From a bacterium (GTDB lineage Bacteria > Hydrothermota > Tepidihabitantia > Tepidihabitantales > Tepidihabitantaceae), in NCBI GenBank assembly GCA_046485285.1, contig JAWOHE010000006.1, positions 1 through 23,222 on the forward strand: a stretch of 23,222 nt of DNA, in the 5' to 3' direction. Positions 16,051-23,222 of the stretch are shown here, piece after piece; the stretch's first letter is position 1; every line of letters starts with the position of its first letter. The notes under the pieces were generated by a model. It did not search any database and was not told where the DNA came from. It was given only the letters and a program-made list of their open reading frames with translations. The position numbers and the translations under genes were made by a program.

Positions 16051-17502
16051 CTACCGCAACAGGACAACCCTGGCTACCCCGTGCGCCGGCCGGACGAAGT
16101 AGACGCCGGGCGCGAGGCGCGAGACGTCGTTCGGGCCGGGCGCGAGGGCCATTACCGTCCGGCCGGAGGCGTCAAGCAGGACGAGGGCAGGCTTCGGCAG
16201 GGCGGGGTCGGAGGCAAGGAACAGCGTCCCGCGGACGATGGCGGCCGGCGCGGCGAGGGCGCGCTGCGCCGGCGGTTTCTCGGCGACCCACTGGCCCGGG
16301 GCGGCGCAGGCGTAGTAGATTTCCGCGGTGCCGTCGCGGTAGTCGGTCCAGACCGCATGGATGTCGTTGGGCGCGTCACCGGCGCCGGCGGCGATCGAGG
16401 GGCGCTCGCGGGTGCCGCTGGTGTCGGTGACGTTCACCGGCGCGGACCAGTTGCCGGCGGGCGAGCGCTCGCTGTAGCGGAACTGGGTGAGCGTCGGCCA
16501 CTGCGCGCTCCGGCCGCCCCAGGCCGCGTGGCCGCGGCCGTCGATGGTGAAGATGAGCTGGCCGGTTTCCTGGTTGAGGGTGTCGGCAAGCTCGGAGAGC
16601 GTGTCGGTCGGCTGCCAGCCGCCGGCGTCGCGCCAGCGGTGGACGACGCGGCGCTTGTTGTCGATCGCGCCGTAGCACTGCCAGAGCAGGTGCGGGTTGC
16701 CGGTGGCGGGGTTGACCGCGATCGACTGGTACATCTGGTGGCGGACGCCTGAGGAGACGTTCTCGGTCGCGCCCCAGGTCGTGCCGGTGCGGGCCTTGTA
16801 CCAGACGTTGTAGTAGCCGCTCGTGCCTTCGCGGCCGTACCAGGAGAGGTGGAGGCGGTTGTCCGGGCCGCCGGCGATGGCCGGGTAGGCCTTGTAGTTC
16901 GAGCCGCCCTCGACGGTCAGCGGCGCCTGCCAGGTCGTGTCGATGCGCTCGCGGTGGACGACGCTGGTGTTGTTGCCCTCGAGCCAGGCGGCGTGGACCC
17001 GGCCGTCGGGCGTCGCGGTCACGGTCGGGCAGTTTTTGGCGACGGACGGGGAGCTGGTCGAGAGCTCGCGCGAGGTCTCTTCCCAGCCGCCATTGCCCGA
17101 GCCGCCGGGCACACAGGATTTGAGGTAGATGACCTCGTCGGCGTCGTCGGTGGTACCGCCGGCCCAGGCCGCGTGGACGGTCCCGGTCGAGTCGACCGCG
17201 AGCGAGGGATACTTGCAGTAGACGTTCGACTCGTAGAGGTCGGCCGAGAGCATCGTGTCCGCGGTCCAGCCGGTCGCCGGGTACCAGCGCTTGTAGTAGA
17301 TCTGGAACCGGCAGGTGCCGAGCCCGGAGTTCATCACGTGCCAGGCGACGTGGACCCGGCCGGCCGGGTCGACGACGACGCGGCGCTGGGTGCTCCAGTA
17401 GCTGAAGTCGGAGTAGTCGTTGTCGGTCAGGCGGACCTCGGGCTGCCACTCGGTCGCTGCGGCGAGGGTCGCGGCGAGGAGCGCGAGGATGACGATGCGC
17501 AT
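16051..17502 (-). CDS. Secreted BNR/sialidase-like beta-propeller protein with T9SS-like C-terminal domain
   Basis: Signal peptide MRIVILALLAATLAAA; repeated D..GRVH.AW blades with YPS/YPA motifs; C-terminal LLDASGR...LAPGPNDVSRLAPGVYFVR. Confidence 0.88.
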   Translation of the reverse strand: MRIVILALLAATLAAATEWQPEVRLTDNDYSDFSYWSTQRRVVVDPAGRVHVAWHVMNSGLGTCRFQIYYKRWYPATGWTADTMLSADLYESNVYCKYPSLAVDSTGTVHAAWAGGTTDDADEVIYLKSCVPGGSGNGGWEETSRELSTSSPSVAKNCPTVTATPDGRVHAAWLEGNNTSVVHRERIDTTWQAPLTVEGGSNYKAYPAIAGGPDNRLHLSWYGREGTSGYYNVWYKARTGTTWGATENVSSGVRHQMYQSIAVNPATGNPHLLWQCYGAIDNKRRVVHRWRDAGGWQPTDTLSELADTLNQETGQLIFTIDGRGHAAWGGRSAQWPTLTQFRYSERSPAGNWSAPVNVTDTSGTRERPSIAAGAGDAPNDIHAVWTDYRDGTAEIYYACAAPGQWVAEKPPAQRALAAPAAIVRGTLFLASDPALPKPALVLLDASGRTVMALAPGPNDVSRLAPGVYFVRPAHGVARVVLLR

Positions 17503-17511
17503 TGCTTCCTC

Positions 17512-19125
17512 CTAGCGGGCGATGACGACCTTCGATATGGTCGGCCGCTGGTTCTCGATTGTCGAGCGGACGAAGTAGACCCCGGGCGCGAGGCGCGAGA
17601 TGTCGTTGGCGCCGGGCGCGAGGGGAAACACGGCGCGGCCAGAGGCGTCGAGCAGGGCGATGTCCGAGCCGGCGACCGGGGATTGCGAACCGAGGGCCAA
17701 TGTCCCGCGGACGATGGCGGGCTGGACGCGGGCCGGCAGTCGGGCCCGGGGTCCTTCGGCGATGCCGCTTACCCAGGCCTGGTAGCGGTAGGTCATCGTC
17801 TCGTGGCGGTGGTGGTTGGCCGGGATGAGGTAGACGTGCTGCCAGGCGGTGTCGAAGCCGGGCACCGCGATCGTACCGTGCTGGCCGGGGTCGAGCAGGA
17901 TGGAGTCGAGCAGGAGCCGGCGGCCGATGGTGTCGAGCCCGACGACGAAGACGCGGAAGTCGCCCTGGTCGGCGCCGTCGAAGTCGAGCTCGAGGCCGGT
18001 GCCGCCCGCGAAGAGGACGTACTCGCCGGCCCAGCGGCTGAGGCCGCCGGTGCGGTCGACCGGGTAGCTGTAGTGGACCCCGGCGTTGCCGAAGCGGGGG
18101 ACGGTCTCGCCGTAGTAGCCGTAGCGGCCGTCGAAGAACGCGGTGTCGTTGATGCGGTTGGCGAGGACCCAGTCGTCGAAGACCCGGTCGAAGTCGAGTC
18201 CCGTCCCGGCGGAGTCGAGGCCGGCCCGGACGCCGGCGATGGAGACCTCGGGCGAGCGGATGATGTCGTGGATGAGGTCGACGCCGACCCGGCCGCCGTG
18301 TTGTTCGTAGAGGTAGAGGAAGAAGAGGTAGGTCTTGATGTAGTCGGCCCAGGCGCCGGTCCAGCGGGTGAGGTCGTTGTCGGGCTGGCCCGGGAAGCCG
18401 GAGATCGGGTCGGGCGCGCCGAACAGCCACATCGCCAGCTCGCAGCAGCCTTCCTGGACCCAGAGCGACTCGGCCGGGTCGTAGTTCCAGTGAATCATGT
18501 GGCCCATTTCGTGGGCGGCGATGGCGACCCGGTAGTCGCCGGACGGGTTGTTGGGGTAGCAGTCGAGGTAGACGCACTCGATCTCGTTGGAGTGGTAGCC
18601 CCAGCGGCGCAGGGCGGTCGTGTCGTAGTACTGGTCGAAGCTCATCCAGAAGCCGTCGAAGCGCGAGCCGCCGAAGGTGCCGATGTTGTAGTGGAGCAGG
18701 TAGATTGCCGAGTCGCCGTCGATCTCGTCGGGCGGCAGGCCGAGGACCTCGGTGTTGTGCTGCCAGACGCCGCGGGTCGAGTCGCGCGGGCTCGAGCGCT
18801 CGAAGCGCTCGACGATGCGGGCGGCGTCGGCGGAGTCGACGAGGCCGGCGGCGAGGCAGGAGTCGTGGACCATCACGTAGCACCAGTCGCCCCGGTCGGC
18901 GCAGACGAACCGGGCCTGGTACTGCTGCGGCGGCATCACGCTCATGTTCCAGGTCCAGAGCGTGACGGTGTCGCCCGGCGCCGGGCCGGCCGCGGCCGGG
19001 CGCGGCGCGGCGACCCGGGCGGGCAGGGGCGCGCCGTCGAGCGCGAGGCGGTGGAAGAGCGGGGTGGCGCAGGACATCGGCGCGGCCGGGGCCTGGGCGA
19101 CGAGGGTGAGGATGAGCAGGAACAT
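17512..19125 (-). CDS. Secreted zinc metallopeptidase (M30/gluzincin-like) with T9SS-like C-terminal domain
   Basis: AAHEMGHMIH (HExxH) with downstream WVQEGCCE third ligand; DGDSAIYLL, SNEIECVYLD; same C-terminal domain; AGGAGG RBS. Confidence 0.88.
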   Translation of the reverse strand: MFLLILTLVAQAPAAPMSCATPLFHRLALDGAPLPARVAAPRPAAAGPAPGDTVTLWTWNMSVMPPQQYQARFVCADRGDWCYVMVHDSCLAAGLVDSADAARIVERFERSSPRDSTRGVWQHNTEVLGLPPDEIDGDSAIYLLHYNIGTFGGSRFDGFWMSFDQYYDTTALRRWGYHSNEIECVYLDCYPNNPSGDYRVAIAAHEMGHMIHWNYDPAESLWVQEGCCELAMWLFGAPDPISGFPGQPDNDLTRWTGAWADYIKTYLFFLYLYEQHGGRVGVDLIHDIIRSPEVSIAGVRAGLDSAGTGLDFDRVFDDWVLANRINDTAFFDGRYGYYGETVPRFGNAGVHYSYPVDRTGGLSRWAGEYVLFAGGTGLELDFDGADQGDFRVFVVGLDTIGRRLLLDSILLDPGQHGTIAVPGFDTAWQHVYLIPANHHRHETMTYRYQAWVSGIAEGPRARLPARVQPAIVRGTLALGSQSPVAGSDIALLDASGRAVFPLAPGANDISRLAPGVYFVRSTIENQRPTISKVVIAR

Positions 19126-19136
19126 CGGTTTTCCTC

Positions 19137-20708
19137 CTAGCGCGCGACGACGACCCGGCAGGGAGTCGCCCGCCGGTTCGCGTCCGCCGACCGGACGAAG
19201 TAGACGCCCGGGGCGAGTCGGGAGAGGTCGTTGGCGCCGGGCCGGAGCGACAGCACCCGGCGACCGGCGGCGTCAAGCAGGACGAAGCCGGGAGGGAGGG
19301 CCAGCGAGCCGCGGACGACGGCGGGCGGAGCCCAGCCGGCCGCGCGGCCGCGCGCGCCGGGTTCTTCGGCGATGCCGGTGACCCGGCCGTACCAGACGCA
19401 GACCGGGTTCGGCGACGACGCGCCGACCTCGTCGACGTTGAAGCCGGCGACGAGGTCCTGGAGCCAGGTGACCGCGACCGAGTCGCCCGAGCAGTCGGCG
19501 GCGAGGTGGGGCAGGCGCTTCGAGCTCTCGTCCGGCTCGGTCAGCGCGGCGGGCGCGGACCAGTTGAGGCCGCCGTCGTCGGACCAGGCGAGCCAGATGT
19601 CGGCGCGGAGCATCTCGGTCGTCGGCTCGGCATTGTCCGGGTCGAACTGCTCCCAGGCGACGAAGAGCCGGCCGGTCGCCGGGTTCAGCCCGACGCTCGG
19701 CCGGTCGCAGATTGCCGCGTGACTGCCGAAGCGGCCGGCGAGCGCCGCGGCCGAGGCGCGGTGGACCGGGAACCAGGTCGCCGCGCCGGAGTGGTAGAGC
19801 CAGAGCTGGGCCGGGTTCTGGTACGCCGAGTCGGCGAGGACCGGCAGGATGGTCGTCGCCAGCAGCCATTCGTCGCCGTCGAAGATGACCGAGGCGCCGC
19901 GCGCGCAGACCGCGGCGGTGTCGCCGCCCCAGGCCGGCGGCGGGGCGAGCTCGCGGACCGCGTCCCAGGTCAGGCCGGCGTCGGGTGACTCGCGGTAGTG
20001 GAGGGCGAGCTCGGCGTTACTGCCGGTCAGCCAGGTCGCGACGAGCCGGCCCGAGGCCCGGGCGGCGGCGAGGTTGTGGCCGAAGGCGCCGTCCTGCATC
20101 CAGCCCGACGGGCCGGCCCACGTGCACCAGGGGTCGGTGCGGCTGTAGTAGAGGTTCTCGGAGCTCTGGAACCTGATCACGAGCTGGTGGACCGAGCGGT
20201 CGCCGGCGACGGCCACGACCGGCAGGAACCAGCCCTCGAGCCCGGGCGCGCCGTCGCACTCCTCGAAGACGCCGGCGCCCGGGGCCGCGTCGCGGACGAC
20301 GGTCGGGCAGAAGTTCGGCGGCATCCCGCCGAAGTTGTAGTGGGTCGCGACGACCGCCGCGCCGGTGACCGGGTCGACGTCGAGCGAGCCGTAGCCGGTC
20401 CGGCGGGTCTGGGAGTTCAGGCCCGCGGCCATGTAGTCCGGGTCGGGCCAGTTCCAGGCGCCGGCCGCGTAGTCGAGGAAGTTGTAGCGCATCGTCCGGT
20501 CCGGCCAGGTCGAGCCCTGGGGCATCGCGCTGAACGTCCAGGCGACGTGGAGGCCGTTCGCCGGGTCGCGCCAGAGCATCCGGAGCGACGGGCCGGTGTT
20601 CTGGTTGTCGTAGGTCGTGCCGCCGACGGTGTCGGTGACGCCGGGCAGGACCTGGCCGGCCGCGACCGCGGCCGCGAAGAGGACGGCGGCGGCGAGACGC
20701 GCGGTCAC
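19137..20708 (-). CDS. Secreted Asp-box (BNR) repeat protein with T9SS-like C-terminal domain
   Basis: Signal peptide; Asp-boxes SPDAGLTW and SDDGGLNW; C-terminal LLDAAGR...PGANDLSRLAPGVYFVR; GTG start overlaps the upstream TGA. Confidence 0.87.
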   Translation of the reverse strand: MTARLAAAVLFAAAVAAGQVLPGVTDTVGGTTYDNQNTGPSLRMLWRDPANGLHVAWTFSAMPQGSTWPDRTMRYNFLDYAAGAWNWPDPDYMAAGLNSQTRRTGYGSLDVDPVTGAAVVATHYNFGGMPPNFCPTVVRDAAPGAGVFEECDGAPGLEGWFLPVVAVAGDRSVHQLVIRFQSSENLYYSRTDPWCTWAGPSGWMQDGAFGHNLAAARASGRLVATWLTGSNAELALHYRESPDAGLTWDAVRELAPPPAWGGDTAAVCARGASVIFDGDEWLLATTILPVLADSAYQNPAQLWLYHSGAATWFPVHRASAAALAGRFGSHAAICDRPSVGLNPATGRLFVAWEQFDPDNAEPTTEMLRADIWLAWSDDGGLNWSAPAALTEPDESSKRLPHLAADCSGDSVAVTWLQDLVAGFNVDEVGASSPNPVCVWYGRVTGIAEEPGARGRAAGWAPPAVVRGSLALPPGFVLLDAAGRRVLSLRPGANDLSRLAPGVYFVRSADANRRATPCRVVVAR

Positions 20709-21622
20709 TTGCCCGGCTCCTCGCCGGGCGGCACGACGCGCCGGCCGGCGCCCTTCGGCGGCGAGTTGTCGAAGACCTGGACGACGTGGTAGAGCACGCC
20801 GATGGACTTGCGCGGCGACTCGCCGTGGAAGTAGTCGTGGACGAGGTTGATGTAGTCGACGACCGCGCGTTCGTGGTCGGTCAGGCCGGGGTCGTCGGGG
20901 TGGAGCATCTGGGCGATACAGCGGAGCTCGTAGCTCTCGGGCAGGTCGAGGAAGACCAGCGCGACGCCGGGGTCGGCGAGCTGGTTCAGGAAGGTGTGGG
21001 TCTCGAAGCCGGGCCGCGAGTAGAGCTCGAGCGAGGTCTGGCAGGTCAGGTCGAAGTTCTCGTCGCCGTGCTGGTAGAGACTCTCGAGGACGGCGAGCTT
21101 GCGCGGCATCGGCGCGTCCCAGGTCGCGCGGAAGAGCTCGGCGAAGTCGGCGAGCTTCTCCCGCCGCGGCAGCCAGCCGATGCCCTTGACCGCGTTGTTG
21201 ACGGTGAAGCGGGTGTCGCGGCGCTTCGCGCCGTGGCTCGCGACGATGCCGTCGTGCGGGCCGGAGAGCACCGGGGTGAACTTCTCGCCGGCCATCATCC
21301 GCCGGAAGCCGGCGAGCTGGCCGAGCCGGTGGGTGAAGTTCCAGTCGAGGAAGTCGGGCGGCAGGGTGACGAGCGCGAAGTCCTGCCAGCGGCCCTCGAC
21401 CTTCGCCCGGATGACGCCCTGCTCGAGCCGGCGGGCGTCAACCGCGTCGTGGCGGAACCAGCCGGTCCAGCGGCCCTTCGTGCCGGTCGAGTCGGACGGG
21501 TCCGGCACCCAGTTGACGTCTTTCCAGACTTTCATCGTTCCCAGCTCCGGGTTGGTGAATTCGGGCGGTTTGGCGGCGGCGAGGGCAACGGCGGCGGCGA
21601 GGGCAAGCAGGGCAATTCGCAC
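20705..21622 (-). CDS. Exported hypothetical protein, possible FMN-binding split-barrel-like C-terminal half
   Basis: GTG after AAAGGAGG; signal peptide; HTFLNQLADPGVALVF..SYELRC recalls PNPOx-like folds (weak). Confidence 0.8.
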   Translation of the reverse strand: MRIALLALAAAVALAAAKPPEFTNPELGTMKVWKDVNWVPDPSDSTGTKGRWTGWFRHDAVDARRLEQGVIRAKVEGRWQDFALVTLPPDFLDWNFTHRLGQLAGFRRMMAGEKFTPVLSGPHDGIVASHGAKRRDTRFTVNNAVKGIGWLPRREKLADFAELFRATWDAPMPRKLAVLESLYQHGDENFDLTCQTSLELYSRPGFETHTFLNQLADPGVALVFLDLPESYELRCIAQMLHPDDPGLTDHERAVVDYINLVHDYFHGESPRKSIGVLYHVVQVFDNSPPKGAGRRVVPPGEEPGK

Positions 21623-21666
21623 ACGGGCCTCCTTTTTCGCTCGGTCGGGATTGCGTCCGGCATCTC

Positions 21667-21728
21667 ATTGTCGCACCCCGGGCGGCGATTGTCAACGTGT
21701 TGACAGCCGGGCGGCCGGGCAATACGCT
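21667..21728. promoter_or_regulatory. Back-to-back divergent sigma70 promoters
   Basis: Palindrome TGTCAAC-GT-GTTGACA (21690-21705) gives TTGACA on both strands; minus -10 TGC-GACAAT (21672-21667), plus -10 TACGCT (21723-21728); both with 17-bp spacers. Confidence 0.7.
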
Positions 21729-21734
21729 CTCGGC

Positions 21735-22703
21735 GTGACTAATGTGGCCGGCCGGCGGGAGCGCGAGGAGCGCGCGGTCACGCTGGCCGGGCTGGTCATC
21801 AACCTCGGCCTCGCGGCGGGCAAGGTCGCGGTCGGCGTCCTCGGCCGGTCCTCGGCGATAATCGCCGACGGCCTGCACAGCGCCAGCGACCTCGCCAGCG
21901 ACATCGCGGTGCTCTGGGGCATCCGGGCCGCCCGGCGGCCGGCCGACGCCGAACACCCCTACGGCCACGCCCGCTACGAAGCCCTCGTCACCGGCTTCAT
22001 CGGCATCCTGCTCATCGTCGCCGCGCTGTCGATCGGCGCCGAGAGCCTGACGACGCTCGGCCGGCCGCACGACGCCGCGATGAGCGTGTGGCCGCTGGTC
22101 GCGGCGCTCGTCTCGGTCGCGCTCAAGGAACTGCTCTACTGGCTGACGCGGGCGGTCGGCCGGCGCCACCGCTCGAGCGCGGTGCTCGCCAACGCCTGGC
22201 ACCACCGGTCCGACGCCTTCAGCTCGGTCGCGGCGGCCGCGGGCATCGCCGGCGCGCTCATCGGCGGGCCGCGCTGGCAGTTCCTCGACCACCTCACCGC
22301 GGTCGTGCTCGCCGCGTTCCTCATCGTCGTCGGCATCGACATCGTCCGCGACGCGGTCCAGGAGCTCTGCGACCAGGCGCCGGCGCCCGAGGTCCAGGCC
22401 CGGATGGAGAAGACTATCTCCGGCATACCGGGCGTCGGGACGTTCCACGCGTTCCGGGCCCGGCGCACCGGCGGGCTCATCGAGATGGACGTCCACGTCC
22501 AGGTTGACCCCGGGCTCTCGGTCCGGGCCGGCCACGACATCGCGACCCGGGTCGAGCGCGAGCTCTGCCGGGAATTCCCGGACGTCGCCAACGTCGTCGT
22601 CCACGTCGAGCCGCTCGAAGACCGCGGCCGCCGGCCCGACGGCGGGCGCCGCGGGGCCGAGCCCGAGGCCGAATTTCCAAAGCGCCGGTATAGCGATAAC
22701 TAA
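21735..22703 (+). CDS. Cation diffusion facilitator (FieF-like) transporter
   Basis: SSAIIADGLHSASD, PADAEHPYGHARYE, ANAWHHRSD, DVHVQVD, VVVHVEP. GTG 21735 (or 21744) replaces the 21099 start, which overlaps the opposite-strand gene. Confidence 0.93.
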   Translation: MTNVAGRREREERAVTLAGLVINLGLAAGKVAVGVLGRSSAIIADGLHSASDLASDIAVLWGIRAARRPADAEHPYGHARYEALVTGFIGILLIVAALSIGAESLTTLGRPHDAAMSVWPLVAALVSVALKELLYWLTRAVGRRHRSSAVLANAWHHRSDAFSSVAAAAGIAGALIGGPRWQFLDHLTAVVLAAFLIVVGIDIVRDAVQELCDQAPAPEVQARMEKTISGIPGVGTFHAFRARRTGGLIEMDVHVQVDPGLSVRAGHDIATRVERELCREFPDVANVVVHVEPLEDRGRRPDGGRRGAEPEAEFPKRRYSDN

Positions 22704-22803
22704 ACCACCGCTTCCGCGGCCAATCGTCGCAACCGCCAGGCCCTGAGCCGCTTAGGTCCTGTCGGAATTTCCCCCCTCCCCCATCCCCGGGACGGCCCCC
22801 GGG

Positions 22804-22995
22804 GCCGCTCCCGGGGCCGCTAGGGGGGCCGTCCCCGGGGCCGCTAGGGGGGCCGTCCCCGGGGCCGCTCCCGGGGCCGTCCCGGGAGCCGCTAGGGGAG
22901 CCGTCCCGGGAGCCGCTAGGGGAGCCGTCCCGGAAGCCGCTGGGGGAGCCGTCCCGGGGACCGCTCCGGGGACCGCTCCGGGGACCGCTCCGGGG
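22804..22995. repeat. Tandem array of 16 degenerate 12-bp units
   Basis: Units such as GCCGCTCCCGGG, GCCGCTAGGGGR, GCCGTCCCSGGR, ACCGCTCCGGGG in exact 12-bp register; flanked by inverted CCnCATCCCCGG. Confidence 0.92.
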
Positions 22996-23019
22996 ATGCG
23001 GGGGGGGATAGGGGTGTCG

Positions 23020-23222
23020 TGTCAAGACCAGGACATAGGTGACACTTTTGTCTGCCGGCGACCCGCACCTACGCTTCTGACTGACACGTCAGCCGCCCAC
23101 AGATAGGCTTCACTACGCCGATCGGCAGGTCGCAGAACCAGACCCGCCAGGTCTTCTCGGCCAGACTCTCCAGCCCGACCGACGTCTTCCCCAAGGCCGC
23201 GCTCAGGTATACAGCCTCGTTC
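23020..23222 (-). mobile_element. Right end of second IS481-family copy (continues beyond window)
   Basis: Minus strand ...CAGACAAAAGTGTCACCTATGTCCTGGTCTTGACA ending at 23020; colinear with 13670-13894. Confidence 0.82.
23069..23222 (-). CDS. IS481-family transposase, C-terminal 50 aa (partial; intactness unknown)
   Basis: NEAVYLSAALGKTSVGLESLAEKTWRVWFCDLPIGVVKPICGRLTCQSEA*, near-identical to the C-terminus of the 13545..13820 ORF. Confidence 0.75.
   Translation of the reverse strand, partial: NEAVYLSAALGKTSVGLESLAEKTWRVWFCDLPIGVVKPICGRLTCQSEA

Noticed and set aside
16376..19276. 966-aa minus-strand and 763-aa plus-strand (16849..19140) ORFs
   Set aside because: Alternative-frame and antisense artefacts of high-GC codon bias, overlapping well-supported genes.
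11659..19330. Diversity-generating retroelement TR/VR pairs among the similar 3' gene ends
   Set aside because: No reverse transcriptase in the window; differences are synonymous changes and indels rather than adenine-specific, consistent with a shared protein domain.
22804..22995. CRISPR array, or repeat-protein gene (ORF 22477..23025)
   Set aside because: Contiguous 12-bp units without unique spacers and no cas genes; the ORF starts inside the IS end and overlaps the CDF gene antisense.

Overview
GC-rich bacterial chromosomal window that very probably contains the replication origin. The recurring C-terminal 'D(A/V)(S/A)GR...PG(A/E/P)ND...APGVYF' domain resembles proteins I associate with candidate division WOR-3; this lineage call is inference. 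Left to right: the 5' end of a probable IS256-family element; a methionine gamma-lyase-like gene converging on an oriC-like intergenic region (DnaA boxes, GC clamp, CAA trios) directly downstream of dnaA, with no dnaN; hypF; a polytopic membrane protein preceded by an unlisted 41-aa membrane peptide; fabH; an NTF2/SnoaL protein, an SDR and a phytoene-desaturase-like FAD oxidoreductase; a candidate structured RNA element; a secreted Kelch protein; an unlisted 25-aa Lys/Ala/Pro-rich peptide with its own promoter, RBS and terminator; a decayed IS481-family element; a YchF-like ATPase with an in-frame TGS-domain deletion; a lipoprotein; a four-gene operon of secreted proteins, including an HExxH metallopeptidase; a CDF metal transporter; a 16x12-bp tandem array; and a second, inverted IS481 copy. 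Both IS481 right ends abut the same repeat family. No rRNA, tRNA, CRISPR or reverse transcriptase was recognised. All calls come from reading motifs by eye; no searches were run.
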